In this document: positions 38,838 to 48,246 of the stretch, piece by piece
Layout of the letters: every line of letters starts with the position of its first letter
Numbering within the stretch: position 1 is the first letter of the stretch
Origin: Bdellovibrionota bacterium
GTDB lineage: Bacteria; Bdellovibrionota_C; UBA2361; JBGSMV01
NCBI GenBank assembly: GCA_041739995.1
Contig: JBGSMV010000047.1
Coordinates: forward strand, 1-64,000
Direction of reading: 5' to 3'
Length of the DNA stretch: 64,000 nt
The notes under the pieces: generated by a model
The model's input: only the letters and a program-made list of their open reading frames with translations
What the model was told of the DNA's origin: nothing
Database searches by the model: none
Translations under genes and position numbers: made by a program

Positions 38838-39527
38838 GTGGGATCAAATCAAATGCTTAAAACATCTCTCTTTTTGAAGAACGGTCTAAGAAAACGATGC
38901 CTAGGCACGTTATTTTTGCTCGCTTCGCACTGCTTGCTCGCCTCCTCTACCGTGGTTGCTGAAGAGTCCTCGCCCCCTAACCCAACTCAAGAAGTATCAG
39001 AGGTCGCCAGCCCAGCCACGGCCAAACCCGCTCCAAAGCCAGTCGCAAAATCCGCGCCCACCAACGGAAAGAAGCGCCAGAGACCGCTGGTTGGTTGGAT
39101 TGAGCAAATCGCTCTCACTCGTGGCTCTATCATCTTAAATGCAAAACTTGATACGGGTGCAGATTATTCATCCCTCCACGCCCACGACATTCAAGAGTTT
39201 GAAAAAGACGGCGAGGTGTGGGTTAGATTTGATGTTACCGACAGAGTCGGACGCAGCTTTCCAGTTGAACAAAGAGTCATTCGCACTTCGTCCATCAAGC
39301 GTATGGGCGGCAAACATCAGCGCCGAAATGTAATACGAATGGGAATCTGTCTGGGAAATACTTATCTCAGATCCGATATCAACCTTGTGGATCGATCTGA
39401 CTTCAAACTTCAGATGCTACTTGGCAGAAACTTCCTGGCGGGCACTGTCGCCATCGATCCTGCCATTTCCTTTACTACCGAGCCCGATTGCGAGCTATCT
39501 TGGACTGCTGCCGACTCACAAAAATAA
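38838..39527 (+). CDS. Exported retropepsin-like aspartic peptidase (RimB/RloA-like)
   Basis: VGWIE, AKLDTGADYSSLHA, NLVDRS.F..MLLGRNFL. Start may be 38853. Confidence 0.85.
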   Translation: MGSNQMLKTSLFLKNGLRKRCLGTLFLLASHCLLASSTVVAEESSPPNPTQEVSEVASPATAKPAPKPVAKSAPTNGKKRQRPLVGWIEQIALTRGSIILNAKLDTGADYSSLHAHDIQEFEKDGEVWVRFDVTDRVGRSFPVEQRVIRTSSIKRMGGKHQRRNVIRMGICLGNTYLRSDINLVDRSDFKLQMLLGRNFLAGTVAIDPAISFTTEPDCELSWTAADSQK

Positions 39528-39529
39528 CT

Positions 39530-41056
39530 ATGAAAAATTCAAGAGTGTTTGTTGCCGCTGCGCTACTCATAGCCTCGGGTTTGGGAATTTTCTTCTATAA
39601 GATTTTTTCACTGGGGTTTCCCGTCACTCCGGACACCACCGCGAACATTTGGAATGTAGAGGCAAGCGTCTCATTTTCGACTCAAGGCAAGTCTGCAAAG
39701 GTTTCTTCGTTCATTCCGAAGAGTACCAGTCGGTTTTCGATTCTTGATGAAAGTTTCATTTCGCGAGGATTCGGACTTTCTACCGTTACCCGCGACTCAA
39801 ATCGAGCTGCTGAGTGGTCTATTAGACGAGTCTCTGGAAAACAGACGCTTTTCTATCACGCGGTGGTGCGAGAGCTTGAGCGCTCTAACTCCACGGTCAC
39901 TACTAAGCCGCCTCTTGTGGAAGATCCTCAATTTGAAGGCGCAGAATTAGAAGCTGCCAAGACGATTCTTTCAGAGTCCAAGGCCCAGTCTGCTGATGTC
40001 CTAAGTCAAGTCCGCGAAGTTTTGCAGCGAGTTCAGGCCAAAGATCGCGATGATGCAACCTCGCTGCTGCTTGGGCCTAAACCGTCTGAGCTCGACAAAC
40101 TCTCCCTCGCGTCTAAGGTACTCGCACTAGATCGAATCGTGCTCAGAATCGTCCACGGCATTCAATTAATCGACAATCGAAGGAACGTGCCGCTCATTCG
40201 TTGGCTAGAAGTTCATACTGGCGGTACCTGGGTTTCGCTCGACAGTTTTGGAAACCCTTCGAAAGATCTGGAACTCACGCTCCCTTGGTGGCGCGGCACT
40301 GAAGCGATTGGATATATTTCCGGAGGATCGCGGCTCGGCATTCAGATTGCAGTCAGCCGTCACGAAGAAAGCGCAGTGACTGCGATATTGGATAGCGGTC
40401 AATCTTCAAAACCATTTCTGCTCGAATTCTCCCTGTTTTCACTGCCGCTTCAAACCCAGGGCGTATTTCGTATCATGCTGCTTGTTCCACTGGGTGGTTT
40501 CTTAATAGTACTTCTCAGAAATGTGGTGGGACTTCCGACTTTTGGGACCTTCATGCCAGTGCTGGTTGCGCTTTCCTTTCGAGAAACAGACATTCTGATG
40601 GGCTGCATATTCTTCTCACTCGTAGTCGCCATAGGTCTGGTGGTGCGATTCTGGCTTGAGAAGTTGAAGCTACTGCTCGTTCCTCGACTAGCGGCGGTCT
40701 TAACCTTCGTGGTTCTACTACTGGCTATAGTCGCAATCGCCGCCCACAAGTTTGGCGTCGAACATGGCCTTTCGATTGCGCTATTTCCGATGGTCATTCT
40801 CACGATGACGATCGAACGTATGTCGATTGTATGGGACGAGCTCGGTGCCAGTGACGCGCTCAAACAAGGCTTCGGCAGTCTATTTGCAGCCGTACTTGCT
40901 ACCTTTGTATTTACTTACGAGCCGGTTGAGCATCTGATTTTTGTGTTTCCCGAACTCCTCTTGATCGTTGCCGCGCTCTGTCTCTTGCTTGGACGATACA
41001 GTGGTTACCGATTAACTGAACTTCGTCGCTTTAGGGCTTTTGCGGAGAAACCATGA
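39530..41056 (+). CDS. Inactive transglutaminase fused to a 7-TM domain
   Basis: DESFISRGFG, WLEV, RNVVGLPTFGTFMPVL, LLLVPRL, FPMVILTMTIER, GYRLTELRRF. Confidence 0.88.
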   Translation: MKNSRVFVAAALLIASGLGIFFYKIFSLGFPVTPDTTANIWNVEASVSFSTQGKSAKVSSFIPKSTSRFSILDESFISRGFGLSTVTRDSNRAAEWSIRRVSGKQTLFYHAVVRELERSNSTVTTKPPLVEDPQFEGAELEAAKTILSESKAQSADVLSQVREVLQRVQAKDRDDATSLLLGPKPSELDKLSLASKVLALDRIVLRIVHGIQLIDNRRNVPLIRWLEVHTGGTWVSLDSFGNPSKDLELTLPWWRGTEAIGYISGGSRLGIQIAVSRHEESAVTAILDSGQSSKPFLLEFSLFSLPLQTQGVFRIMLLVPLGGFLIVLLRNVVGLPTFGTFMPVLVALSFRETDILMGCIFFSLVVAIGLVVRFWLEKLKLLLVPRLAAVLTFVVLLLAIVAIAAHKFGVEHGLSIALFPMVILTMTIERMSIVWDELGASDALKQGFGSLFAAVLATFVFTYEPVEHLIFVFPELLLIVAALCLLLGRYSGYRLTELRRFRAFAEKP

Positions 41057-41991
41057 GATTCGCCTGGCCCTGGGAACTCGCAGCGAAAGGCGTGGTGGGA
41101 ATAAACCAGCGCAATGCTGATTTCGTCCTGCCCTTCAACGACCGAGAAAGATATCCCCTCGTCGATGACAAACTACGTACCAAAACGCTGGCCCTGGAGC
41201 ACGGGATAGCAGCTCCTGAACTCTATGCGCTAATCGAGAGCAATCATCAGGTCAGCTCACTTCGATCTCGCATTGGAGACATTCAAAGTTTTGTCATTAA
41301 GCCCGCCGGCGGCAGTGGTGGACAAGGTATTCTAGTCTTTACTGCGGCGACCAAAGATCGATTTCGTACCATCCATGGCCCCATGCTTCCGTTGGAGCAA
41401 CTTGAACACCATGTCTTGAATATCCTTACCGGGATGTTCAGTTTGGGTGGACAGCCTGACAAGGCGATAATTGAGTACCGAGTAGAATCTGACCCTGTCT
41501 TTGAACCGGTTTCTTATCGTGGCGTTCCTGACGTGCGCATCATTCTCTTTCTTGGCGTTCCTATCATGGCGATGTTGCGGCTCCCTACTAGCACCTCAGA
41601 AGGGAAGGCCAACCTGCACCAAGGCGCGATTGGTGCCGGCGTCTCTATGCGTGATGGCAAAACTACAACTGCGGTGTCCGGAGGTGTCATCGTTTCTGAA
41701 CACCCAGACACCGGACATAGTATTATTGGGCTGCAAATTCCTCACTGGGAGAGACTGCTCGATATTGCGGTGCAGTGTTCGGACTTAGCGCAACTTGGTT
41801 ATATCGGGGTTGATCTCGTTATCGATAAGGACAAAGGGCCACTTCTACTCGAGATGAATGCTCGACCAGGGCTCGCTATTCAACTTGCCAATCGAAGCGG
41901 TCTTGAATCACGTATTCGCAAGGTGCAAAGCTTTCGAAAGGACCTTTCGGATCGCGATTCACGAGTTGCCTTCGCGATAGCTTCCTTCTAG
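41053..41991 (+). CDS. Alpha-L-glutamate ligase-like ATP-grasp protein
   Basis: GINQRN, YPLVDDKL.TK, FVIKP..GSGG.GI, GVPDVRII, ANLHQGAIG, LEMNARPGL.IQ.AN. Confidence 0.9.
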   Translation: MRFAWPWELAAKGVVGINQRNADFVLPFNDRERYPLVDDKLRTKTLALEHGIAAPELYALIESNHQVSSLRSRIGDIQSFVIKPAGGSGGQGILVFTAATKDRFRTIHGPMLPLEQLEHHVLNILTGMFSLGGQPDKAIIEYRVESDPVFEPVSYRGVPDVRIILFLGVPIMAMLRLPTSTSEGKANLHQGAIGAGVSMRDGKTTTAVSGGVIVSEHPDTGHSIIGLQIPHWERLLDIAVQCSDLAQLGYIGVDLVIDKDKGPLLLEMNARPGLAIQLANRSGLESRIRKVQSFRKDLSDRDSRVAFAIASF

Positions 41992-42045
41992 GAGTCTGTG
42001 ACACAGGCACATGGTGAGTGAAGGCGAACCTTATCACAGACCCCT
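41988..42045 (+). mobile_element. MITE-like element, copy 3 (internally deleted)
   Basis: CTAG-GAGTCTGTGACACAGGCACA...GAGTGAAGGCGAACC...TCACAGACCCCT. Confidence 0.7.
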
Positions 42046-42075
42046 CGCCTACAGCGCCACATGCTCACCTGTGGC

Positions 42076-42915
42076 TTAAACTCTAAGCTGCTCGCCCACC
42101 GCATAGTGCCCTCGGTCGTCAAGAATCACCGTGCATGCTTCGAGTGAAGCGTCGTGCTCGAAGACTACTATCGCTTTCTCGGAACGCGCTCGCTCTAGAA
42201 AGCCAGCCTTCTCCTTTAGAACAGTTTCAGCACATGCATCATAACCCATGTGAAACGGAATCGGTAAGTGATGCTGAGTAGGCACGAGGTCAGTCGGATA
42301 GAAAAGCTTCATTCCTCCGCCGTAGATCTCTACCCACTGCTGCCCTCTCGTATGTCCGTTTACCTGATGTACAACAATCCCGGGATGGACTTCCATCTTT
42401 CCTTCAACCTCAAAGAAGTTACTGCCGACGAACGGTTCAAAATTTTCTGGCAGGTAGCTGGCTTTTTCCTTTACTGAAGGAGCTCTCGCATTCCTTAGAT
42501 TATCGCGCTGAAGAATCACTCGCGCAGTTGGATATATGAGTTCGACAGCACTGCTGCCTTCTTGGTATTTTGAAATTCCGCCTGCATGATCAAAGTGCAG
42601 GTGGGTCAGAATAATGTCTGTAATCTCTTCGGCTCGCACGCCTACTTTATCGCTTGGAAGATTCTCAATGGCGAAGATTTCACGCTGCTTAGGAGTCCAC
42701 TTTTCTCCCATACCCACATCGATCAGAAACTTCTTCTTCGCAGAATCATCAGTCACGACCAAACAGCGAGTGGCAAGCCTAATGCAGTTCTCGGCATCTG
42801 CTTCAATGCGACGAGACCAAAGATTCTTTGGCACTGAGCCAAACATTGCCCCACCATCGAGTCGAAAAAATCCGAAGTTGTGCGCCGTAACTTTTAAATT
42901 TCCAAATTCCAACAT
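42076..42915 (-). CDS. MBL-fold metallo-hydrolase (YtnP-like)
   Basis: LDGGAMFG.VP, THLHFDHAGG, GHT.G, MGYD, FEHD. Confidence 0.9.
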   Translation of the reverse strand: MLEFGNLKVTAHNFGFFRLDGGAMFGSVPKNLWSRRIEADAENCIRLATRCLVVTDDSAKKKFLIDVGMGEKWTPKQREIFAIENLPSDKVGVRAEEITDIILTHLHFDHAGGISKYQEGSSAVELIYPTARVILQRDNLRNARAPSVKEKASYLPENFEPFVGSNFFEVEGKMEVHPGIVVHQVNGHTRGQQWVEIYGGGMKLFYPTDLVPTQHHLPIPFHMGYDACAETVLKEKAGFLERARSEKAIVVFEHDASLEACTVILDDRGHYAVGEQLRV

Positions 42916-43201
42916 AGCTAAAGCTTGTACTCTTCTGACCTAGATCTCGGCAAATGAGATTTCTGAACCGCCAATTGCCCGACGTGGGCACCACGTCTAC
43001 TCTATTAATATTGCTCAATATATTTGTAGCGCCGCTCGATTTGGGAGTGCCAGAGGTCCTTATCATTGGGTGAAGTGCTTTCGCACCCAATCTTCCTTCG
43101 AATCTGACCCCGATTAGGGGGGAGCTCCCCCATAATTTGATTAGCCGCTTGAATCTGACAGAATTCTGTCGGTCTCCTATCTCAGGTCTTGTTATTTAAC
43201 C

Positions 43202-43750
43202 ATGGATTCCATGATGTCTCAGCTTTCGCGAAAGGTCGCCATGTTGTCGTTATGCGCGGCCACTCTTCCGAATCTTGTCGGGTGTGACAGAAGTCCTGGG
43301 ACTCCAACCTCTGCAGTAGACGCGTATCCGCAGAGTGTCCCTGTAAAACAGGGATCGCCCAACCAGCTCGACACCGATCTGGCTGCATTTCTCCACAACC
43401 CCACACACTTCATAGGTAAGCGAGTACAATTTCCGATCAACTCGGGGCAGTTAACGTTCGTTGAGCAAAGGCAGTTAGACCCGACCGATGATGGGGCCTC
43501 GCTCTATGTCTACAACCTTGGACTTGGGACTCAGGGAGTTTCCGTCCGCGTCTTTTCAGCTCGGGACCTTGATGGTGCTGCCGCGATCTCAGGTACCTGG
43601 TCAGCATTTGGAAGTACAAATTTCTTGTCGGCCGAAACAATTTTGATGCAGCGGATCGAAAACGGCGACACAAGCTGGCTTTGGAAGAGTCTTTCAGCAC
43701 TCCCGTCCCCCACTGGAGAGCCTCAGTCCTCACAGCCAGCGAGGCCATAG
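43202..43750 (+). CDS. Hypothetical lipoprotein
   Basis: LVGC lipobox after a hydrophobic stretch; beta-rich body. Confidence 0.55.
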   Translation: MDSMMSQLSRKVAMLSLCAATLPNLVGCDRSPGTPTSAVDAYPQSVPVKQGSPNQLDTDLAAFLHNPTHFIGKRVQFPINSGQLTFVEQRQLDPTDDGASLYVYNLGLGTQGVSVRVFSARDLDGAAAISGTWSAFGSTNFLSAETILMQRIENGDTSWLWKSLSALPSPTGEPQSSQPARP

Positions 43751-43828
43751 AGTCGCAGACTCTAGACACGCCAGTCCATACTACTCTCGATTCTCCCGTT
43801 GTGGGGCGTCCCGACTAGCCGCATTTAG

Positions 43829-44959
43829 CTAAGCTCTTCGCTCAAGCCACGCCAACAACTCGACATGCGGAGTGTGAGGAAATTGGTCCACCAGAAGCTG
43901 GGAGCGAACCTCGTAAAGGGCCTGAAGCTGCGGCAACTCTTTCAAATAGCTTAGATAGTTGCATGAAACGTAGAAGATCCTTTGCGGCTGCTTCTCGAGA
44001 ATAGTCTTTAAAACGCGGGGGTGCAGGCCTCCACGTGGCGGATCCACCACAACAGTATCTGCCTCGAAGGTTCCCCAATCGAAGTTCTCACTTGCCGCGA
44101 CTGCAAACTCAATCTCGCGTTGATTCGCCACCGCATTAAAGCGCGCATCTTCCACGGCCGCTTCAAACAACTCTACACCGAACACCCGCTCGCACTCCGA
44201 AGCAAGCCCCACGGCAAAGAAACCAGTGCCACAATACAAATCGAGAAGCCGCTTGGTGCCACTTGCACGCACCCATTGCCGCAGCTGCTCGAGTAATAGC
44301 CCCGCACTATGAGAGTTCGTTTGAAAAAAAGAATGTGGACTTATGCGATACTTTACCCCTGAAATCTCTTCGGCAAGAGTTCCACTGCCCTTGCATACCA
44401 GCTGCGTATTGCCAAATGAGACGTCAGCAACTGTCGGGTTAGTTGACCAAAGCAGCGTTGAAATATGTTCGGTGCTTGAAAGTGTCTCCAATGCGCTGCG
44501 TATCAAAGGAGTTTCTTCAGCAGTAGGAACACTGGTGAGAATGTCGACCAATACTTCCCCAATGGTCGAGGCGCGAATAAGCGCATAACGCAGCAGTCCG
44601 CTATGTCGCTTGCGATCGAAAAAACTAAGATTTGCCTCCTTAACCCAGGTGCGTACAGAAGAAAAAGCCGATTCGATTCGCTTATCGGAGATGAAGCAGG
44701 TGTGATTATCTATAACCCGCCACCATTTACCCTTCTGTCTAAGACCGACTCTTCCCTCAAAGTCGATCACGAAGTCCATTCGATTTCTGTAATGCTCGGT
44801 TTGAGGCGAAGGCAGAATTTCTTCGATTTGATGATCGAGCTCTGCCGTCTTGAATCCAGCGTTCACCTGCTGAATTTTAGTGCTCAGTTGCTCCGCATAA
44901 GGCATTTCTGACCAAGAGCACGAGCCACACACGTCCTTATTTGGGCAAAGTTCTTCCAT
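43829..44959 (-). CDS. RNA m5U methyltransferase, RlmD/TrmA family (no TRAM domain)
   Basis: C-x5-CGSC Fe-S motif, YRNRM, SFFQTN, LDLYCGTG, VDPPRGG, YVSCN, DQFPHTPHVE. Start reassigned to ATG 44959. Confidence 0.9.
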   Translation of the reverse strand: MEELCPNKDVCGSCSWSEMPYAEQLSTKIQQVNAGFKTAELDHQIEEILPSPQTEHYRNRMDFVIDFEGRVGLRQKGKWWRVIDNHTCFISDKRIESAFSSVRTWVKEANLSFFDRKRHSGLLRYALIRASTIGEVLVDILTSVPTAEETPLIRSALETLSSTEHISTLLWSTNPTVADVSFGNTQLVCKGSGTLAEEISGVKYRISPHSFFQTNSHSAGLLLEQLRQWVRASGTKRLLDLYCGTGFFAVGLASECERVFGVELFEAAVEDARFNAVANQREIEFAVAASENFDWGTFEADTVVVDPPRGGLHPRVLKTILEKQPQRIFYVSCNYLSYLKELPQLQALYEVRSQLLVDQFPHTPHVELLAWLERRA

Positions 44960-45142
44960 TCTATGTTTCCGTGGCAGAGGAAGCCTAAGAGAGCTGCCTA
45001 GAGGCGCTCGCGATGAGGCTGCGTTGTCAAAATCTCTCAATCCAAGGAGTATGCATGCTCAACTAATATGAAACAAATCGCCTCTTAGTTCGACTAAGGC
45101 AATGGTGCGATTCAATGCGCTAGAGTACTCAAGGTCGTCCCT

Positions 45143-45814
45143 ATGAAATTTGCGAAACTTAGCACGTTGATAGTCACCGCGGTCTTGGGAGTCGCTGTTA
45201 CTCTCTTGCTGCTTTATAGAGTCGGCCCTTCGAATCTCTCGGCTGACTCGATAAGTTCAATCGAAAGTAAGGGCAAAGATATGAAACAAGTTCTCGCGGT
45301 TGCAACCTTCGCCGGTGGATGCTTCTGGTGCATGCAGCCCCCCTTCGACTCTGCCCCAGGAGTGGTTGAGACTATAGTCGGATACACGGGCGGCGAGGAA
45401 CCCAATCCTAGCTATGAACTCATTAGCACCGGACGCACGAAGTATGCCGAAGCAGTACAGGTGAGATTCGACCCGTCACAGACTACCTACGAACAACTAC
45501 TCGAAGTGTTTTGGAAGAACATTGACCCCACACAAGGTGACGGACAGTTCGCAGATCGTGGCCCTCAATACCGGACCGCGATTTTTTTTCATAACGACGA
45601 GCAGAAGAAGTTAGCTGAAGCATCGAAGAAAGACCTTCAACTCGCTGCAAAGTTTGCAGGATCTATTGTCACTCAGATCGTTCCTGCGACTGAATTCTAC
45701 CGCGCCGAGGAGTATCACCAAGATTACTACAAGAAAAACGAAACTCACTATAACCTGTACAAGGTCGGCTCGGGGCGAGCGGGCTTCATTGAGAAGACCT
45801 GGGGGAAGCCCTAA
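45143..45814 (+). CDS. msrA: Peptide-methionine (S)-S-oxide reductase with N-terminal membrane/export segment
   Basis: FAGGCFWC, GYTGG, GQFADRG.QYR, AEEYHQDYY. Confidence 0.95.
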   Translation: MKFAKLSTLIVTAVLGVAVTLLLLYRVGPSNLSADSISSIESKGKDMKQVLAVATFAGGCFWCMQPPFDSAPGVVETIVGYTGGEEPNPSYELISTGRTKYAEAVQVRFDPSQTTYEQLLEVFWKNIDPTQGDGQFADRGPQYRTAIFFHNDEQKKLAEASKKDLQLAAKFAGSIVTQIVPATEFYRAEEYHQDYYKKNETHYNLYKVGSGRAGFIEKTWGKP

Positions 45815-46032
45815 GCCTGCTTAGAGGTTCCCAGCCGCCGATAGCTGCCCGAATCTCCAACATGGCCGCCTGCAAGGGTAGGAACGAAGCACTGTCCCGT
45901 TCAGATGGTGCCGTTTAGTCATGGCGTCCTTTTGAGTCGCACGAGGCAATTCTCCCTCTTTGTAATGACGCTCCAGAATTATTAGACTACAGGGGCCATA
46001 AATACTCTCACGGACCCTGACGTTACTAGCTC

Positions 46033-48159
46033 ATGACCAATTGCCCTACATATTCCCGCGCCATTCCCGCGCCGTCGATTCTACAGAAGCGAAGCCAGGG
46101 ACACCGCCTCCTGACTTTTACGAGGATTGCCCGTTGGAGTCTGACGGGAGCAATTTGTTTACTTCTTATTTCTTGCTCCTCCCCCGAAAAGGACGCCGAA
46201 GAATTGCTGAAGCAAATGCAGCAAGCTTACAAGGAAGGAGTCTCGATTCCCGAACTCGAGTCACGAGCTGCACGAGAAGAACAACTAAGTGCCTTTGAGA
46301 GAGTACTGTCGCTTTCCCAAAGGCTAGAGAAAAAATTTCCCAACACTTTAGTGGCCCAAGGCATCGAAGCGGGACAGATCGACTTGGGCGGCCTTTCTTT
46401 GAGACAACTTCGAGAAGTGACCCTCCCGCTACTCAGACGCGACCTACTCGCCGGGTCGGATCCTCTGACTGCAGTGCGCGTACTAGCTGAACGAGTTTCG
46501 GATCCGGCCGCGGCAAGCAAGGTACTGGTGGACCTTGCACGTAGCTATGATAACTCCGGGCGAGGTCGAGAAGCCGAATCTGCCCTGGCGGATGCCTTCG
46601 CGCTAACCTCTTCTATTCAAGATCGTACCACTCGAGTTGAACGACTCTCCGCAATCGCCTTCGGACATGCAAATTCAAGCCGACATACTCAAGCACTTGA
46701 AATTGCGTTTTCTGCGCTTGCTGAGGCCAAGCAAGTTGCAGATCTCGAGCGCCGATCTCTTACACTCTCCCAAATCTCTCTCTCCTATTACCTTCTTGGA
46801 GCTCAAGAGCGAGGCTATGAAGCTCTGCTTTCTGTTCCAGACAAGACTCGTCGTCGCCGCGCACTCGCTGAGGTCAGTAGCGAACTTCTCAAGAAGAATC
46901 TTGCCCATCAAGTAGTCGCTGCCTCGACAAGTCTCTTCAACGCCGAAGATCGTGCCGATTTTCTGCTTGAGCAAGCAGAACTCGCGAATACACTGGGAAT
47001 AGCTCCAGGGGTTATTCTTTTAGTCGATCAGGCTCTTCCGCTGTTCTCCCGATCTCGCTCAGCGCAGAAGCGCTGGGTAAGAACGATACAGGCTGCCAGC
47101 CTTTTGCGTCGCGCAGGCCAGACTGCGCGGGCACTTGAGTTACTCCAAGGCGTGGAGCCTCAGATTTCGAGTGATTCATCCTTAGGCGAGGAGGCTGCCA
47201 AGATAGCGCTCGAACTAGCCGAACTTAATCAATCAGCTGAGGCAATAGCACTTGGCCAGCGACTCACGAAGGAGGCTCGCAAAGAACCTCGCGCAAAGCA
47301 GGACGTCGTGTTTGCCATTATCGCCCAGGCATTTTGCGTGGCAGATGAGCCCCAACTATCGTTGCCACTTCTCAAAGATATTTCAGAGGATTCGGAACGA
47401 GTTCGTGCACTTTCAGAGGCCGCGAAAGCAGCGAAAGTGTCCGGAAGCAGCGGTTTCGCTCGAAGAATGCTTGAAGATGCGGCTCTGACGCTCGCCAAGA
47501 TTCCGGATTCGGAGAGTAAGGTCTCCTTGTCTCTTTTTCTGCGCGATGCCTACGTCGATGTTGGACAGCTTGAGGATGCGCGTAAGCTATCTTTCTCTCT
47601 CCAAGCCACAGACAAGCGGTGGCGCACCCATGTTCGCTCCTATCACGCGCAGTTACTTTCAAAAGGTTTTTCCGAAGAAAGCCTGCTGGTAGCACGCTCC
47701 GTCAACGACGCATCTATGCGTGGCCTTCTTTTATCGGAGACGGCCAAGCAGTTCTATCGCGACAACAATCGAAATGACGCATTTCGAATAGTCGAGGAAG
47801 CGGTTGCCGAATTCGATCAGGTGAAGGATTCGAACCGCCTAAGAGCATTGATCGCTTTAGTAGCAGATTCGGTGCTTCAAATTAATTGGCCAACCTATGC
47901 CAACAAGCTAATCGAGAAGTATAAGCTTGATGATACCCCTGTCTGGCTTTGCCGAGTCGCTTCCTCGTTTGCAGAAACTGGCCAGCGCGAAGAGGCTCTG
48001 GGCGTACTTCAAAAAGCACTGGCGAGCGCCCTCGCACTCAAACGACCAGAAGATCGTGCTCAGGTTCTGCTCCGCGTGGGCGAGACCCTCGCCACTCTCG
48101 AAACAGTACTCGATTACGATGCCCAAATGCTGCTCTCCCAAATTCTCGAACAAAACTAA
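46033..48159 (+). CDS. Large TPR-like alpha-solenoid lipoprotein
   Basis: LISC lipobox; recurring A-x-x-I-x-D-x3-R-x3-L helical repeats. Confidence 0.7.
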   Translation: MTNCPTYSRAIPAPSILQKRSQGHRLLTFTRIARWSLTGAICLLLISCSSPEKDAEELLKQMQQAYKEGVSIPELESRAAREEQLSAFERVLSLSQRLEKKFPNTLVAQGIEAGQIDLGGLSLRQLREVTLPLLRRDLLAGSDPLTAVRVLAERVSDPAAASKVLVDLARSYDNSGRGREAESALADAFALTSSIQDRTTRVERLSAIAFGHANSSRHTQALEIAFSALAEAKQVADLERRSLTLSQISLSYYLLGAQERGYEALLSVPDKTRRRRALAEVSSELLKKNLAHQVVAASTSLFNAEDRADFLLEQAELANTLGIAPGVILLVDQALPLFSRSRSAQKRWVRTIQAASLLRRAGQTARALELLQGVEPQISSDSSLGEEAAKIALELAELNQSAEAIALGQRLTKEARKEPRAKQDVVFAIIAQAFCVADEPQLSLPLLKDISEDSERVRALSEAAKAAKVSGSSGFARRMLEDAALTLAKIPDSESKVSLSLFLRDAYVDVGQLEDARKLSFSLQATDKRWRTHVRSYHAQLLSKGFSEESLLVARSVNDASMRGLLLSETAKQFYRDNNRNDAFRIVEEAVAEFDQVKDSNRLRALIALVADSVLQINWPTYANKLIEKYKLDDTPVWLCRVASSFAETGQREEALGVLQKALASALALKRPEDRAQVLLRVGETLATLETVLDYDAQMLLSQILEQN

Positions 48160-48246
48160 GGATTTTCGCCTATTTTTCCCGTATTTCTGGGCTAAAGTGA
48201 GGTTTTACTAAGAATCCCGCCAGCTATACGATGTGGCCACATTTAG

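Noticed and set aside
15731..42045. Dispersed repeats considered as CRISPR repeats
   Set aside because: No regular repeat-spacer array and no cas genes.
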